DNA of 64,000 nucleotides from Chiloscyllium plagiosum (GCF_004010195.1 NC_057750.1:6031151-6095150); one strand, 5' to 3'. Positions 50,556-63,637 are shown, counted from the first letter of the stretch. Translations and numbers: made by a program. Notes: generated by a model from the letters alone, not told the origin.

Positions 50556-51411
50556 ACCGAAGTTCTGAAATTAAAACAGAGTACTTGAAAAACTCAGCTT
50601 GCCAGACAGCATCCATTGAAAGAAAAAGAAAGTTAAAGTTTTGAGAGAACTATTCTTCATTTGGAAAAGGTCTAGATCTGAAGAAAAAAAGTCATTATGG
50701 ACTTGAAACATCAACTCTGTTTCTCACTCCACAGATGCTGTGAGACCTGCTGAGTTTCTCTAGCACTTTCTGTTTTTATTTGAGGATTCTGATTCTGTAT
50801 TGTCCAGAGTAATAGTTGATCTCAGGGAAATTTATGAAATTTTAAGTTATAAACTTATGATCTCATTGAAATTTATTAAATTTTAACAGTGTATGTCAGG
50901 GTGGATATAGATAGCATGTTTTTCCACACTCTAGAATCTGGGGACATAATCTCAGGATAAGGGATAGGCTATTCAAGACTATGGGGAAGAGAAATTTCCT
51001 CACTCAGTGGGCAGTGATTTTTCAAACATTGTGTACTTGTTGAGGCCTGTGGAGGATCAGTCATTGAGCAGGTTCAAGACAGAAACAGATTGGTTTCTGA
51101 AGACAAATCACATTAGGGATTGGGAAACAATGTGGGAAAATGGCATTGCAGAGATAATCAGCCACGATCTAGAATGGCAGGGTTGGCCCAACGAACTGAA
51201 CAGCCTAATCCTGTTCCAATGGTCCACATGTAACTAACAGCTCACTATTTGACTTGATTACTCTAACTAACAGATCAACATTTGGCATTCAACATTTCCT
51301 CATTGTAACTTTAGTTAACAGTCCACCATTTGGCATGTGGGCCCTCCCCACTGTCACTAAAAGCTCACTGTTTACCATCAATTATTTCACACTGTAAGCA
51401 ATATCCCAGTA

Positions 51412-51583
51412 TAGAGGAACTTGATTATCCGAAGACACGGACAGGGAGTATTTCGTTCAGTTAATCAAATTCTGGATAATCGAATACTGCATAACATAGT
51501 TTAGCCAAGCATTGGGACCATGCAATCTTGCCGGATAATCCGATATTCGGATAATTGAATGCTGGATAATCAAGATTCTTCGG
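51412..51583. mobile_element. Tc1/mariner (pogo/Tigger-like) MITE
   Basis: Imperfect TIRs TAGAGGAAC-TTGATTATCC / GGATAATCAAGATTCTTCGG, TA on both flanks, internal GGATAATC repeats. Confidence 0.65.
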
Positions 51584-51649
51584 TATTTGTCATCAATCCT
51601 TTCACAGTGGAAGTAAAAGTGCACTATTTTGCAGCAATCCTTACACACT

Positions 51650-52314
51650 AAGTTAAAAATCACACAACACCAGGTTATAGTCGAGAGTGTGGTACGGGCA
51701 AAGCACAACCGGTCAGGCAGCATCAGAGGAGCTGGAGAATCAATGTTTCGAGCATAAGTCCTTCATCACACGCAAGCACACTCTCTCACTCACTCTCTCT
51801 CTCACACACACACACACTCACTCTTTCTAATGCATGCACTCAAGTCTATGGGGTGAATTTGCTTTTACAGAATTATATTTGCAGATACATTCTATTTGGC
51901 TCAAAAAGGCACAACTTGCCAGCAAGTCAATCCATGTAATATTTTATAAATTCCTACTTCGCAAATAGAACCAGTCTGACTCAAGACTGGGATACAGGCA
52001 GAGTTTAACCTCACATCTTTAATGCATTGTCTGAGCAGAGATTCACTTTTTAAAAATAAAACCTTAAGCCATCTTGAGAATGCGACTTAATAGTAGTTCT
52101 GGGATTTACATATCAATGAACCAAAACCTGCAGCTTAGTCTAAAAGATTTAAGTCTTAACCGTAATTTAGGTTTGTTCAATATATAATTTCAATTGCATG
52201 ACACTGTAATCTTTTTGCTTTAAATTGTGTCTTATGATCCTGTCCCACAGCTACCTGAAGAAGGAGCAGTGCTCCAAAAGCTAGTGCTTCCAAATAAACC
52301 AGTTGGAGTATAAC
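51650..52314 (+). mobile_element. Non-autonomous Penelope-related element with inverted ends and a decayed hammerhead (52255-52283)
   Basis: Terminal motif at 51650 is inverted relative to 52290-52314; CTGAAGAAGGAGCAGTGCTCCAAAAGCTA. Confidence 0.6.
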
Positions 52315-53169
52315 TATTTTGCAACAATCCTTAACCACTGTAAGGAATACCCCACTATTTCACAACAATTCTTTCACACTGTAGGTAACAGCCCATTATT
52401 TGGCAGCTATCCTTTCACACTAAGCCCACTATTTAGCAATCCTTCATCATTGTAAGGAATACCCCATTATTTGGCAGCTGTAGGTATTAGCCCATTATTG
52501 GGCAGCTATTCTTGCACACTGTAGGCAATAACCCATTATTTGACAGCTATCCTTCCACACTGTAGGTAATAGCTCATTATTTGGCAGCTATCCTTCCACA
52601 CTGTAGACAATAGCCCATTATTTGGCAGCTATCCTTCCACACTGTAGGCAATAGCCCATTATTTCACAGCTATCCTTCCACACTGTAGGTAATAGCTCAT
52701 TATTTGGCAGCTATCCTTCCACACTGTAGGCAATAGCCCATTATTTCACAGCTATCCTTTCACACTGTAGGCAATAGCCCATTATTTGACAGCTATCCTT
52801 TCACACTGTAGGCAATAGCTCATTATTTGGCAGTTATCCTCTCACACTGTAGGCAATATCTCATTATTTGGCAGCTATCCTTGCACACTATAGGCAATAA
52901 CCCATTATTTGGCAGCTATCCTTCCACACTGTAGGCAATAGCCCATTATTTGACAGCTATCCTCTCACACTGTAGGCAATAACCCATTATTTGACAGCTA
53001 TCCTTTCACATTGTAGGCAATAACCCATTATTTGGCAGCTATCCTTCCACACTGTAGGCAATAGCCCATTATTTGACAGCTATCCTTTCACACTGTAGGC
53101 AATAACCCATTATTTGGCAGCTATCCTTCCACACGGTAGATAATAGCCCCTGTTTGGTAGCAATGGCTT

Positions 53170-53570
53170 CACGGCGTGAGGGACTGCAGATTACTTGGCA
53201 GCATGGATACCAGGCCCTGTCCTCAGAGCCACGAGGGGCCCGATGCCGGTCGGAGTGTGGGACCCGGTAAAGCCCAGCCCGGGAGATATGGTGCCGGCTT
53301 CTCGAAGATTCGCGAGCGGGCGGCCGCCCCTCACCTTTGAAATACTGGTTCGCCTTGGCCTTCATGCCCTCGGCCTGATCGTGCTGCTCGCCGCTTGCCC
53401 CGTCCGCGCCCTCCGCCATTTTCCCAATCGGGCGGAAAGTCCCTGCCCCCAACACCCGGGGCCCTTAGCAACCGGTCGTAAAACAAACAGCGGCAGCCCG
53501 ACACTGCCGTAAAGTGCCGTCAAGCAGTGCCGGCCTCACGGCGCTGACGTCACAGGCTGTCCCAAGGACC
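53170..53570 (-). promoter_or_regulatory. CpG-rich PPP5C promoter / exon 1 region
   Basis: Local CpG enrichment. Palindromic CRE TGACGTCA 53545-53552, GC box GGGCGG 53430-53435, YY1-type CCGCCATTTT over the ATG 53413-53422. No TATA box seen. Confidence 0.75.
53335..53419 (-). CDS. PPP5C: PPP5C coding exon 1 (MAEGADGASGEQHDQAEGMKAKANQYFK)
   Basis: ATG at 53419-53417 in an AAAATGGCGG context within a CpG-rich patch. Ends AAG|GTGAG. 85 nt, phase 1. KAKANQYFK matches the start of PP5 TPR1 (human KTQANDYFK). Confidence 0.92.
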
Positions 53571-56500
53571 ATACACTCCAATATACCCAACTGTGTGTAC
53601 AATAAACTCTGATATACTCCACTGTGTGTACAATACATTCTAATATACCTCACTGTATCTACAATAAACTCTGTTATACCCAACTGTGTACAATACATTC
53701 TAATATACCTCACTGTATCTACAATAAACTCTGATATACCACACTGTGTATATAATACACTCCAATATACCTCAATGTGTACAATACATTCTAATATACC
53801 TCACTGTATCTACAATAAACTCTGATATACCACACTGTGTGTATAATACACTCCAATATACTCCACTGTGTGTACAATACATTCTAATATACCTCACTGT
53901 ATCTACAATAAACTCTGATATACCGCACTGTGTGTATAATACACTCCAATATACCTCACTGTATCTACAATAAACTCTGATATACCCCACTGTGTGTATA
54001 ATACATTCTAATATATCTCACTGTATCTACACTAAACTCTGATATACCGTACTGTGTGTATAAAAAACTCTGATATACTCCACTGTGTGTATAACACATT
54101 CTAATATACCTCACTCTATTTACAATACACTCTGATATACCCCACTATGTGTATAATACATTCTAATATACCTCACTGTATCTACAATAAACTCTGATAT
54201 ACCGCACTGTGTGTATAATAAACTCTGATATACTTCACTGTGTGTATAATACATTCTAATACACCTCACTGTATCTAAAATAAACTCTGATATACCGCAC
54301 TGTGTGTATAATAAACTCTGATATACTCCATTGTGTGTACAATACATTCTAATATACCTCACTGTATCTACAATAAACTCTGATATACCCCACTGTGTGT
54401 ACAATAAATTCTAATATACCTCACTGTATCTACAATACACTCTGATATACCCCACTGTGTGTACAATACATTCTAATATACCTCACTGTATCGACAATAA
54501 ACTCTGATATACCCCAATGTGTGTACAATACATTCTAATATACCTCACTGTAACTACAATAAACTCTGATATACCGCACTGTGTATATAATAAACTCTGA
54601 TATACTCCACTGTGTGTATAACACATTCTAATATACCTCACTCTATTTACAATACACTCTGATATACCCCACTATGTGTATAATACATTCTAATATACCT
54701 CACTGTATCTACAATAAACTCTGATATACCCCACTGTGTGTACAATACATTCTAATATACCTCACTGTAACTACAATAAACTCTGATATACCACACTGTG
54801 TATATAATAAACTCTGATATACCCCACTGTGTGTACAATAAATTCTAATATATTTCACTGTATCTACAATAAAATCTGATATACCATACTGTGTATATAA
54901 TACACTCTGATATACTCCACTGTATGTACAATACATTCTAATATACCTCACTGTATGTACAATAAATGCTGATATACCCCACTGTGTGTACAATACATTC
55001 TAATATACCTCCCTGTATCTACAATAAACTCTGATATATTCCACTGTGTGTACAATACATTCTAATATACCTCACTGTATCTACAATAAACTCTGATATA
55101 CCACACTGTGTGTATAATACACTCTGATATACTCCACCGTGTGTATAATACATTCTAATATACCTCACAGTACCTTCAATAAACTCTGATATACCGCACT
55201 GTGTGTATAATAAACTCCAATATACTCCACTGTGTGTACAATACATTCTAATATAACTCACTGTATCTACAATAAACTCTGATATACCGCACTGTGTGTA
55301 TAATAAACTCTGATATACGCCACTGTGTGTACAATACATGCTAATATACCTCACTGTATCTGCAATAAACTCTGATATACTGCACTGTGTGTATAATAAA
55401 CTCTGATATACTCCATTGTGTGTACAATACATTCTAATATACCTCACTGTATCTACAATAAACTCTGATATAACGCACTGTGTGTATAAAAAACTCTGAT
55501 ATACTCCACTGTGTGTATAACACATTCTAATATACCTCACTCTATCTACAATACACTCTGATATACTCCACTGTGTGTATAATACATTCTAATATACCTC
55601 ACAGTATCTACCATAAACACTGATATACGGCACTGTTTGTATAATAAACTCTGATATATGCCACTGTGTGTATAATACATTCTAATATACCTCACTGTAT
55701 CTATAATAAACTCTGATATACCGCACTGTTTGTATAATAAACTCTGATATACTCCACTGTGTATAATACATTCTAATATACCTCACTGTATCTACAATAA
55801 ACTCTGATAGACCCCACTGTGTGTACAATACATTCTAATATACGTCACCGTGTGTACAATAAACTCTGATATACCACACAGTGTATATAATACACTCTGA
55901 CATACGCCACTGCGTGTACAATACATTCTAATATAACACACTGTATCTATAATAAACTCTGAAATGCCGCACTGTGTATAATAAACTCTGATATACCGCA
56001 CTGTGTATAAAATACATTCTAATATACCTCACTGTGTCTACAATAAACTCTGATATACCACACTGTGTATATAATGCACTCTGATATACTCCTTGTGTAT
56101 AATACACTCTGATATACTCCACTGTGTGTATAATAAACTCTGATATACCACACTGTGTATATAATACACTCTGATATACTCCTTGTGTATAATACACTCT
56201 GATATACTCCACTGTGTGTATAATAAACTCTGAGATACTCCACTGTGTGCATAATAAACTGTGATATACCGCATTATGTATATAATACACTCTGATATAC
56301 ACCACTGTGTGTATAATAAACTCTGATGTACCCCACTGTGTGTATAATAAACTCTGATATACCGCACTATGTATATAATACATTCTGATATACTCCACTG
56401 TGTGTATAATAAACTCTGATATACCGCACTGTGTATATAATACACTCTGATATACTTCGCGTGTATAATACACTCTGATATACTCCACTGTGTGTATAAT

Positions 56501-58545
56501 ACACTCTGATATACTCCACTGTGTCTATAATAAACTCTGATATACCGCACTGTTATATAATACACTCTGATATACTCCACTGTGTGTATAATAAACTCTG
56601 ATATACCGCACTGTGTATATAATACACTGATATACTCCGTGTGTATAATACACTCTGATATACCTCACTGTGTGTATAATACTCTGATATCTCCCACTGT
56701 GTGGATAATACACTCTGATATACTCCACTGTATGTATAATACACTGATATACTCCACTGTGTGTGCAATAAACTCTGACATACACCACCCTGTGTATAAT
56801 ATACTCTGACATCCATCACTGTGTCTATAGTAAATGCTGATATAACCCATTGTGTGTATACTATGTTCTGATATAACCCACTGTGTGTATAATACGCTCT
56901 GATATAATACATTCTGATATATCTCATTGTGTTTATAATAGTGTGATATACCCACTGTGTGTATAATACACTCTGATATACCTCACTGTGAATATAATAG
57001 TCATGATTTGGAGATGCCAGTGTTGGACTGGGGTGTACAAAGTTAAAAATCACACAACACCAGGTTATAGTCCAACANNNNNNNNNNNNNNNNNNNNNNN
57101 NNNNNNNNNNNNNNNNNNNNNNNNNNNNNNNNNNNNNNNNNNNNNNNNNNNNNNNNNNNNNNNNNNNNNNNNNNNNNNNNNNNNNNNNNNNNNNNNNNNN
57201 NNNNNNNNNNNNNNNNNNNNNNNNNNNNNNNNNNNNNNNNNNNNNNNNNNNNNNNNNNNNNNNNNNNNNNNNNNNNNNNNNNNNNNNNNNNNNNNNNNNN
57301 NNNNNNNNNNNNNNNNNNNNNNNNNNNNNNNNNNNNNNNNNNNNNNNNNNNNNNNNNNNNNNNNNNNNNNNNNNNNNNNNNNNNNNNNNNNNNNNNNNNN
57401 NNNNNNNNNNNNNNNNNNNNNNNNNNNNNNNNNNNNNNNNNNNNNNNNNNNNNNNNNNNNNNNNNNNNNNNNNNNNNNNNNNNNNNNNNNNNNNNNNNNN
57501 NNNNNNNNNNNNNNNNNNNNNNNNNNNNNNNNNNNNNNNNNNNNNNNNNNNNNNNNNNNNNNNNNNNNNNNNNNNNNNNNNNNNNNNNNNNNNNNNNNNN
57601 NNNNNNNNNNNNNNNNNNNNNNNNNNNNNNNNNNNNNNNNNNNNNNNNNNNNNNNNNNNNNNNNNNNNNNNNNNNNNNNNNNNNNNNNNNNNNNNNNNNN
57701 NNNNNNNNNNNNNNNNNNNNNNNNNNNNNNNNNNNNNNNNNNNNNNNNNNNNNNNNNNNNNNNNNNNNNNNNNNNNNNNNNNNNNNNNNNNNNNNNNNNN
57801 NNNNGGAGGATGGTCACCCGAAGGTCCGAGGCTGAATGTCCTGGACCACTGAAGTGTTCCCCATCTGGGAGGAAACCCTCCTGTCTGTTGATTGTTGTGC
57901 GGTGCCCATTCATCTGTTGTCGTAGCCTTTGCTCAGTTTCCCCAATGTACCATGCCTCAGGGCATCCTTGCCTGCACTCTCACATACACACTGTGATGTA
58001 TCCCACTGTGTGTATAATACACTCTGCTATAATCCACTGTGTATAATACACTGTGATATACCTCATTGCGTGTGTAATACACTCTGATATACCCCACTGT
58101 GTGTACAATCCCTCTGATATACCCCACTGTATTTATAATACACACTGATATACCCCACTGTGTGTACAATCACTCTGATATACCCCACTGTATTTATAAT
58201 ACACACTGATATACCCCATTGTGTGTATAATACACTCTGATATTCTTCACTGTGTGTATAATACAATCTGATATACTCCACTGTGTATATACTAACCTCT
58301 GATATATCCCAATGTATATATACTACAATCTGGTATCCCTCACTGTGACTATAACAAACTCTAATATACCCCACTGTGTGTATAATATACTCTGATATAC
58401 CCCACTGTGTGTATAATACATTCTGATATACCTCACTGTGTTTATATTGTATATACAATAAACTCTCTTAAAACCCATTGTGTCTACAATTAACTCCCAT
58501 ATACCCCACCGCATGCACGATAAAGTTAAACATACCCAACTGTGA
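53571..58545. repeat. 31-bp AT-rich satellite (e.g. CTAATATACCTCACTGTATCTACAATAAACT / CTGATATACCGCACTGTGTGTATAATAAACT), interrupted at ~57000-57985
   Basis: Direct reading; 31-aa periodicity (93-bp trimer) in the minus-strand ORFs. Confidence 0.95.
57000..57980 (-). mobile_element. Penelope-like element of a second family (GIY-YIG + pseudo-LTR, spanning a gap) inserted in the 31-bp satellite
   Basis: MNGHRTTINRQEGFLPDGEHFSGPGHSASDLRVTIL at 57805-57913. The terminal motif AAGTTAAAAATCACACAACACCAGGTTATAGTCCAAC recurs at ~28435, ~48740 (rc) and ~51650. Confidence 0.75.
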
Positions 58546-61159
58546 ATGATTTGGATGTGAAGGTGTGGTGAGTAACTTTGCTAATGATACCAAAATTGGA
58601 GGTCTGGTGGACAGCCAAGAAGTTTATCTCAGAGTGCAACAGGACCTCAAATGGATGGGCCAGTGGGCTGAGTAGTGCAGAAGGAGTTTATCGTGCCAGA
58701 AGACTGGAGGATAACAAATGTTGTACCTTTGTTCAAGAAGGAGAGTAGAGACAACCCTGGTAATTATGGACCACTGTGCCTTATAATTACCTATAATTAC
58801 CAGGGTTGTCTCTATTCCCCTTGCTTCTTTTGTTGGGCAAATTTTGAAAAGGATTATAAGAGGTAGGATTTATAATCATCTAGAAAGGAATAATTTGATC
58901 AGGCATAGTCAACACTGTTTTGTGAAGGTTATGTGGTGCCTCACAAACCTTATTGAGTTCTTTGAGAAGGTGACAAAACAAGTGGATTTCAGTAAAGCAT
59001 TTAAGTTTCCCCATAGTAGGTTATTGAACAGAATACAGAGCATGGGATTGAGAGTGATTTAGCGGTTTGGATCAGAAATTGGCTAGCTGAAAGATGACAG
59101 AGAGTGGTGGTTGTTGGGAAATGTTCATCCTGGAGTTCAGTTACCAGTTGTGTACTGCAAGGATCTGTTTTGGGGCCACTGCTGTTTGTCATTTTTATAA
59201 ATGACCTGGATGAGGGCATAGAAGGACGGATTAGTAAATTTGTGGATGATACTAAAGTCGGTGGAGTTGTGGACAGTGTGGAAGGATGTTACAGATTACA
59301 GAAGGACGTAGATGAGCTGCAGAACTGGGCTGTGAGCTGACAACTGGAGTTTAACATAGAAAATTGTGAAGTGATTCACTTTGGAAGGAGTAACAGGAAT
59401 ACAGAGTACTGGTCGAATAGTAAGAATCTTGGTAGTGTGGATGAGCAGAGAGATCTCGGTGTCCAAGTACATAGATCCCTGAAAGTTGCCACCCAGGTTG
59501 ATAGGGTTGTTAAGAAGGCATACGTTGTGTTAGCTTTTATTGGTAGAGGGATTGAGTTTGGGAGGCATGAGTTCGACTGGACCACACTACTATTATAGGA
59601 TAAGCCAAACAGAGAACAGCCAGGGAATTCCTAGAGGCATGGCACTCATCCACAGATTCAATCGATAAGCATATCGACCTGGACCCAATATACCGACCAC
59701 TGCAACGGACAGCTGGAACTGACAACCGGAAGTGGCAGGTACAAATCACTATAAATGCCGGAGGAAACATCACAGAATCGCTTCACAGGAGGCTCCCAAG
59801 CACTGAGGATGTCATCTAGACAGGGGACGAAATGTCTGCAACACAAATTCCCAGCTCGGCGAACAGAACCACAACAACGAGCACCTGAGCTACAAATCTT
59901 CTCACAAACTTTGAAGGTTATGTTGCAGCTGTACAAAGCTCTGGTGCGGCCGTGCTTGGCGTATTGAGTACAGTTCTGGTCACCACATTATAGGAAGGAT
60001 GTGGAAGCATTGAAGATGGTGCACAGGAGACTTACCAGGATGTTGCCTGGTACGGAGGGAAGGTCTTATGAGCAAAGGTGGAGGAACTTAAGGCTGTTTT
60101 TTTTAGAGAGAAGAGGCTAAGAGGTGACTTAATAGAGGCTTACAAGATGATCAGAGGATTAGACAGGGTTGACATTGAGGCCTTTTTCCTCGGATGGTGA
60201 TGGTGAACATGAGGGGACATAGCTTTAAATTGAGGGGTGATAGATATAGGACAGATGGCAGAGCTAGGTTCTTTACTCAGAGAGGAGAAAGGGTATGGAA
60301 TGCCCTGCCTGCAACAGCGGTAGACTCACCATCATTAAGGGCATTTAAATGGTCATTGGATAAACGTACGAATGACAATGGAACAGTGTAGTTTGGATGG
60401 GCTTTACATTGGTTTTGATGGGTCGGCGCCACATTGAGGGCCGAAGGGCCTGTACTGCACTGTAATGTTCTATGTTTTATGTTCGTGGTCTATTTTAGAT
60501 AAATAGGAGGTGCTGCATTTTGGGAAAGGCAAATACACGTAAAGGACTTATACACTGAATGGTAAGGTTCCGGGGAGTGTTGCTGAACAAAGAAACCTTG
60601 GAGTGCAGGTTCATAGCTCCTTGAAAGTGGAGTCACAGGTAGATAGGATAGTGAAGAAGGCGTTTGGTATGCTTTCCTTTATCAGTCAGAGTATTGAGTA
60701 CAGGAGTTGGGAGGGCATGTGCGGCTGTACAGGACATTGCTTAGGCCACTGTTGGAATATTGCGTGCAATTCTAGTCTCCTTCCTTTCAGAAATATGTTG
60801 TAAAACTTGAAAGGGTTCAGAAAAGATTTACAAGGATGTTGCCAGGATTGGAAGATTTGAGCTGTAGGCAGAGGCTAACAGGCTGGGTCTACTTTCCCTG
60901 GAATATCGGAGGCTGAGGGGTGACCTTATAGAGGTTTACAAAATTATGAGGGGCATGGATAGGATAAATAGACAAAGTCTCTTCCCTGGCGTGGGGGAGT
61001 CCAGAACTAGAGGGCATAGGTTTAGGGTGAGAGGGAAAGATATAAAAGAGACCTAAGGGGCAACTTTTTCACACAGAGGGTGGTACGTGTATGGAATGAG
61101 CTGCCAGAGGAAGTGGTGGAGGCTGGTACAATTGCAACATTTAAAAGGCATCTGGATGG
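58545..61159 (+). mobile_element. Cluster of CR1 LINE fragments (58545-58675; 58680-60480; 60505-61159)
   Basis: RT motifs [34 protein letters not shown]-terminal CR1 motifs. Confidence 0.9.
59567..59913 (+). mobile_element. Penelope-like 3' fragment of a third family, nested in a CR1 LINE (related older copy at ~49060-49490)
   Basis: HEFDW...AKQRTAREFLEAWHSSTDSIDKHIDLDPIYRPL; hammerhead-like core at 59803-59836. CR1 sequence resumes in register after it. Confidence 0.75.
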
Positions 61160-61732
61160 NNNNNNNNNNNNNNNNNNNNNNNNNNNNNNNNNNNNNNNNN
61201 NNNNNNNNNNNNNNNNNNNNNNNNNNNNNNNNNNNNNNNNNNNNNNNNNNNNNNNNNNNNNNNNNNNNNNNNNNNNNNNNNNNNNNNNNNNNNNNNNNNN
61301 NNNNNNNNNNNNNNNNNNNNNNNNNNNNNNNNNNNNNNNNNNNNNNNNNNNNNNNNNNNNNNNNNNNNNNNNNNNNNNNNNNNNNNNNNNNNNNNNNNNN
61401 NNNNNNNNNNNNNNNNNNNNNNNNNNNNNNNNNNNNNNNNNNNNNNNNNNNNNNNNNNNNNNNNNNNNNNNNNNNNNNNNNNNNNNNNNNNNNNNNNNNN
61501 NNNNNNNNNNNNNNNNNNNNNNNNNNNNNNNNNNNNNNNNNNNNNNNNNNNNNNNNNNNNNNNNNNNNNNNNNNNNNNNNNNNNNNNNNNNNNNNNNNNN
61601 NNNNNNNNNNNNNNNNNNNNNNNNNNNNNNNNNNNNNNNNNNNNNNNNNNNNNNNNNNNNNNNNNNNNNNNNNNNNNNNNNNNNNNNNNNNNNNNNNNNN
61701 NNNNNNNNNNNNNNNNNNNNNNNNNNNNNNNN

Positions 61733-61932
61733 CCTCCAGGCGTCTGGTGGTGAGGGAGCAGTGGTGAAGGAGGCCCAGGACCTCCATGTCCTTGGCAGAG
61801 TGGGAGGGGCAGTTGAAATGTTGGGCCACGGGGCGGTTTGGTTGATTGGTGCGGGTGTCTCGGAGATGTTCCCTAAAGTGCTCTGCTAGGAGGCGCCCAG
61901 TATCCCCAGTGTAGAGGAGACCGCATTGGAAG
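61733..61932 (-). mobile_element. Penelope-like GIY-YIG fragment (runs into a gap)
   Basis: Same family as 2338-2652 (AQHFNCPSHSAKDMEVLGLLHH). Confidence 0.8.
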
Positions 61933-62549
61933 CATTACCAAATGTCTCTAGTAGAACATGTAATTTGTACAAATTGTCCATTGTATGTATTGCTAAAGAA
62001 AATGTTGTCAATTCTTTGCATCTTGCACTCATCATTACATTTCACAATGTAAAGGAAGAACAATACATTTACACTGTCTGAGGAGGCTGAATTGATTGAG
62101 TAACAAGTGGAGTTGGATTGGTCGAGACATTGCTATGGACAATGCATTAGTTGGATGATGACTGACAGTTAACTACCAAAACGCAAACCAGATATTACTG
62201 GAAAAGCTCAGCAAGTATGGCAGCATCTGTGGAGAGAAATCAGAGTTAGTATTTCAGGTCTAGTGACCCTTCTTTAGAAGTATTCTGAGAACAGACAAGA
62301 ATTTCCAATGTTTAGAGTTCTTTCGGTTTTTGTTGTCGGCCAAACTTTGCTTCAATTTAAGTGGGCACGTTGACTCTGATTGGCCAAGGCATTGTCCTGA
62401 GGAATGAATTGGTGAATGGATATCACCTGTGTTGTGAGTTGGAAATGGTGCAGTGCACCATATGTTCTTCTGTTTACAAAGAACAGGGCCCCATGCACCA
62501 ATATATATTGCTTCCAATATGTGCATATCTGCATATACATCAGAGGGTT

Positions 62550-62910
62550 GCACAGTGGATCAGTGGTTAGCACTGCTGCCCCACAGTGCCAGGGACCCAA
62601 GTTCAATTCCAGCCTTGGTGACTATCTGTACGGAGTTTGCACATTCTCCCCGTGTCTGCGTGGGTTTCCTCCAGGTGCTCTGGTTTCCTCCCACAGTTCA
62701 AAGATGCGCAGGTTAGGTGGATTAGCCATGGAAAATTGCCCCATGGTGTCCAGGGATGTGTTGGTTAAGTGTGTTGGCCATGGGAAATGCAGGTTTACAG
62801 GGATAGGTAGGGGGTGGGTTTGGGTGGGATGCTGTTCAGAGGGTCGGTTTGGACATTATAGGCTGGATGGCCTGCTTCCACACTGAACCTGAACATAGGG
62901 ATTCTATGTT
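62550..62910 (+). mobile_element. tRNA-derived SINE (HE1-like)
   Basis: Same family. Confidence 0.85.
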
Positions 62911-63367
62911 CAATGTATTTAGAAATACATAACACAAATATATATTCATAAACCATCAATTAAAATAGGCCTAATTCTTAATTATCACTTTTTAATATGT
63001 TTTACTGTCACAAAGCTGGTCCCTTTTTTTCCTAAAAGCTTCCTTGGCTCAAGACTCTGTCCATGACTTTTTTCAGAGGGGTAATAAACCAGGCCGGACT
63101 CTGATCAGTCTGGTTTGGTACAGAGATGAAAAGGATTTTGAGAGGCCCTTTGTTTAAATGTGAACAGATGAGACTTCAGTCCAAAGTGGTCATCTTTTAG
63201 AAGTGACCTGTATAATGAATGTGGAGTGGTCGACTCTCTAACTTAGCAGTTTAGTTCAGTCCTGAACTGGTGAGGAGTTCAACAGTGAGCTGCGTGGAAA
63301 CTCTCTCTTTCTGCCCTTCAACTTCAACCTTTAAGCATGCGTTCCATTTATATATTTTTTTTTAAAG

Positions 63368-63637
63368 ACTAGATTCCCTACAGTATGGAAACAGGCCATT
63401 CAGCCCACCAAGTCGACACCGACCCTCCGAAGAGTAACCCAACAAGACCCATGATGCACCTAACACTATGGGCAATTTAGCATGGCCAGCTCACATCTTT
63501 GAACGATAGGAGGAAACCCACGCAGACACGGGGAGAATGTGCAAACTCCACACAGACAGCCACCCGAGGCTGGAATCGAACCTGGGTCCCTGGCGCTGTG
63601 AGGCAGCAGTGCTAACCACTGAGCCACCGTGCCACCC
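63368..63637 (-). mobile_element. tRNA-derived SINE (HE1-like), inserted in a possible LTR-like repeat (~63050-63923)
   Basis: Same family; AAAG on both flanks. Host has AATAAA at 63771 and ends ...CA; host identity is uncertain. Confidence 0.75.

Larger units (their letters stand above)
51380..53165. repeat. 41-bp minisatellite (CATTATTTGGCAGCTATCCTTCCACACTGTAGGCAATAGCC); clean array ~52380-53150, degenerate units further left interrupted by TEs
   Basis: TGTAG recurs at 52561, 52602, 52643; degenerate units at 51380-51411 and 51584-51649. Confidence 0.9.

Noticed and set aside
53420..53455. N-terminal extension from the ORF-track start at 53455
   Set aside because: It is a GTG; the ATG at 53419 has strong Kozak context and gives the MAEG start seen in PP5.
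53465..58514. Many YTQ/YIR-repeat ORFs; possible CRISPR-like array
   Set aside because: Head-to-tail 31-bp satellite with no unique spacers, no cas genes, in eukaryotic DNA.
47372..61889. Long ORFs containing X runs
   Set aside because: Artefacts of reading through N gaps; flanks are TE fragments.
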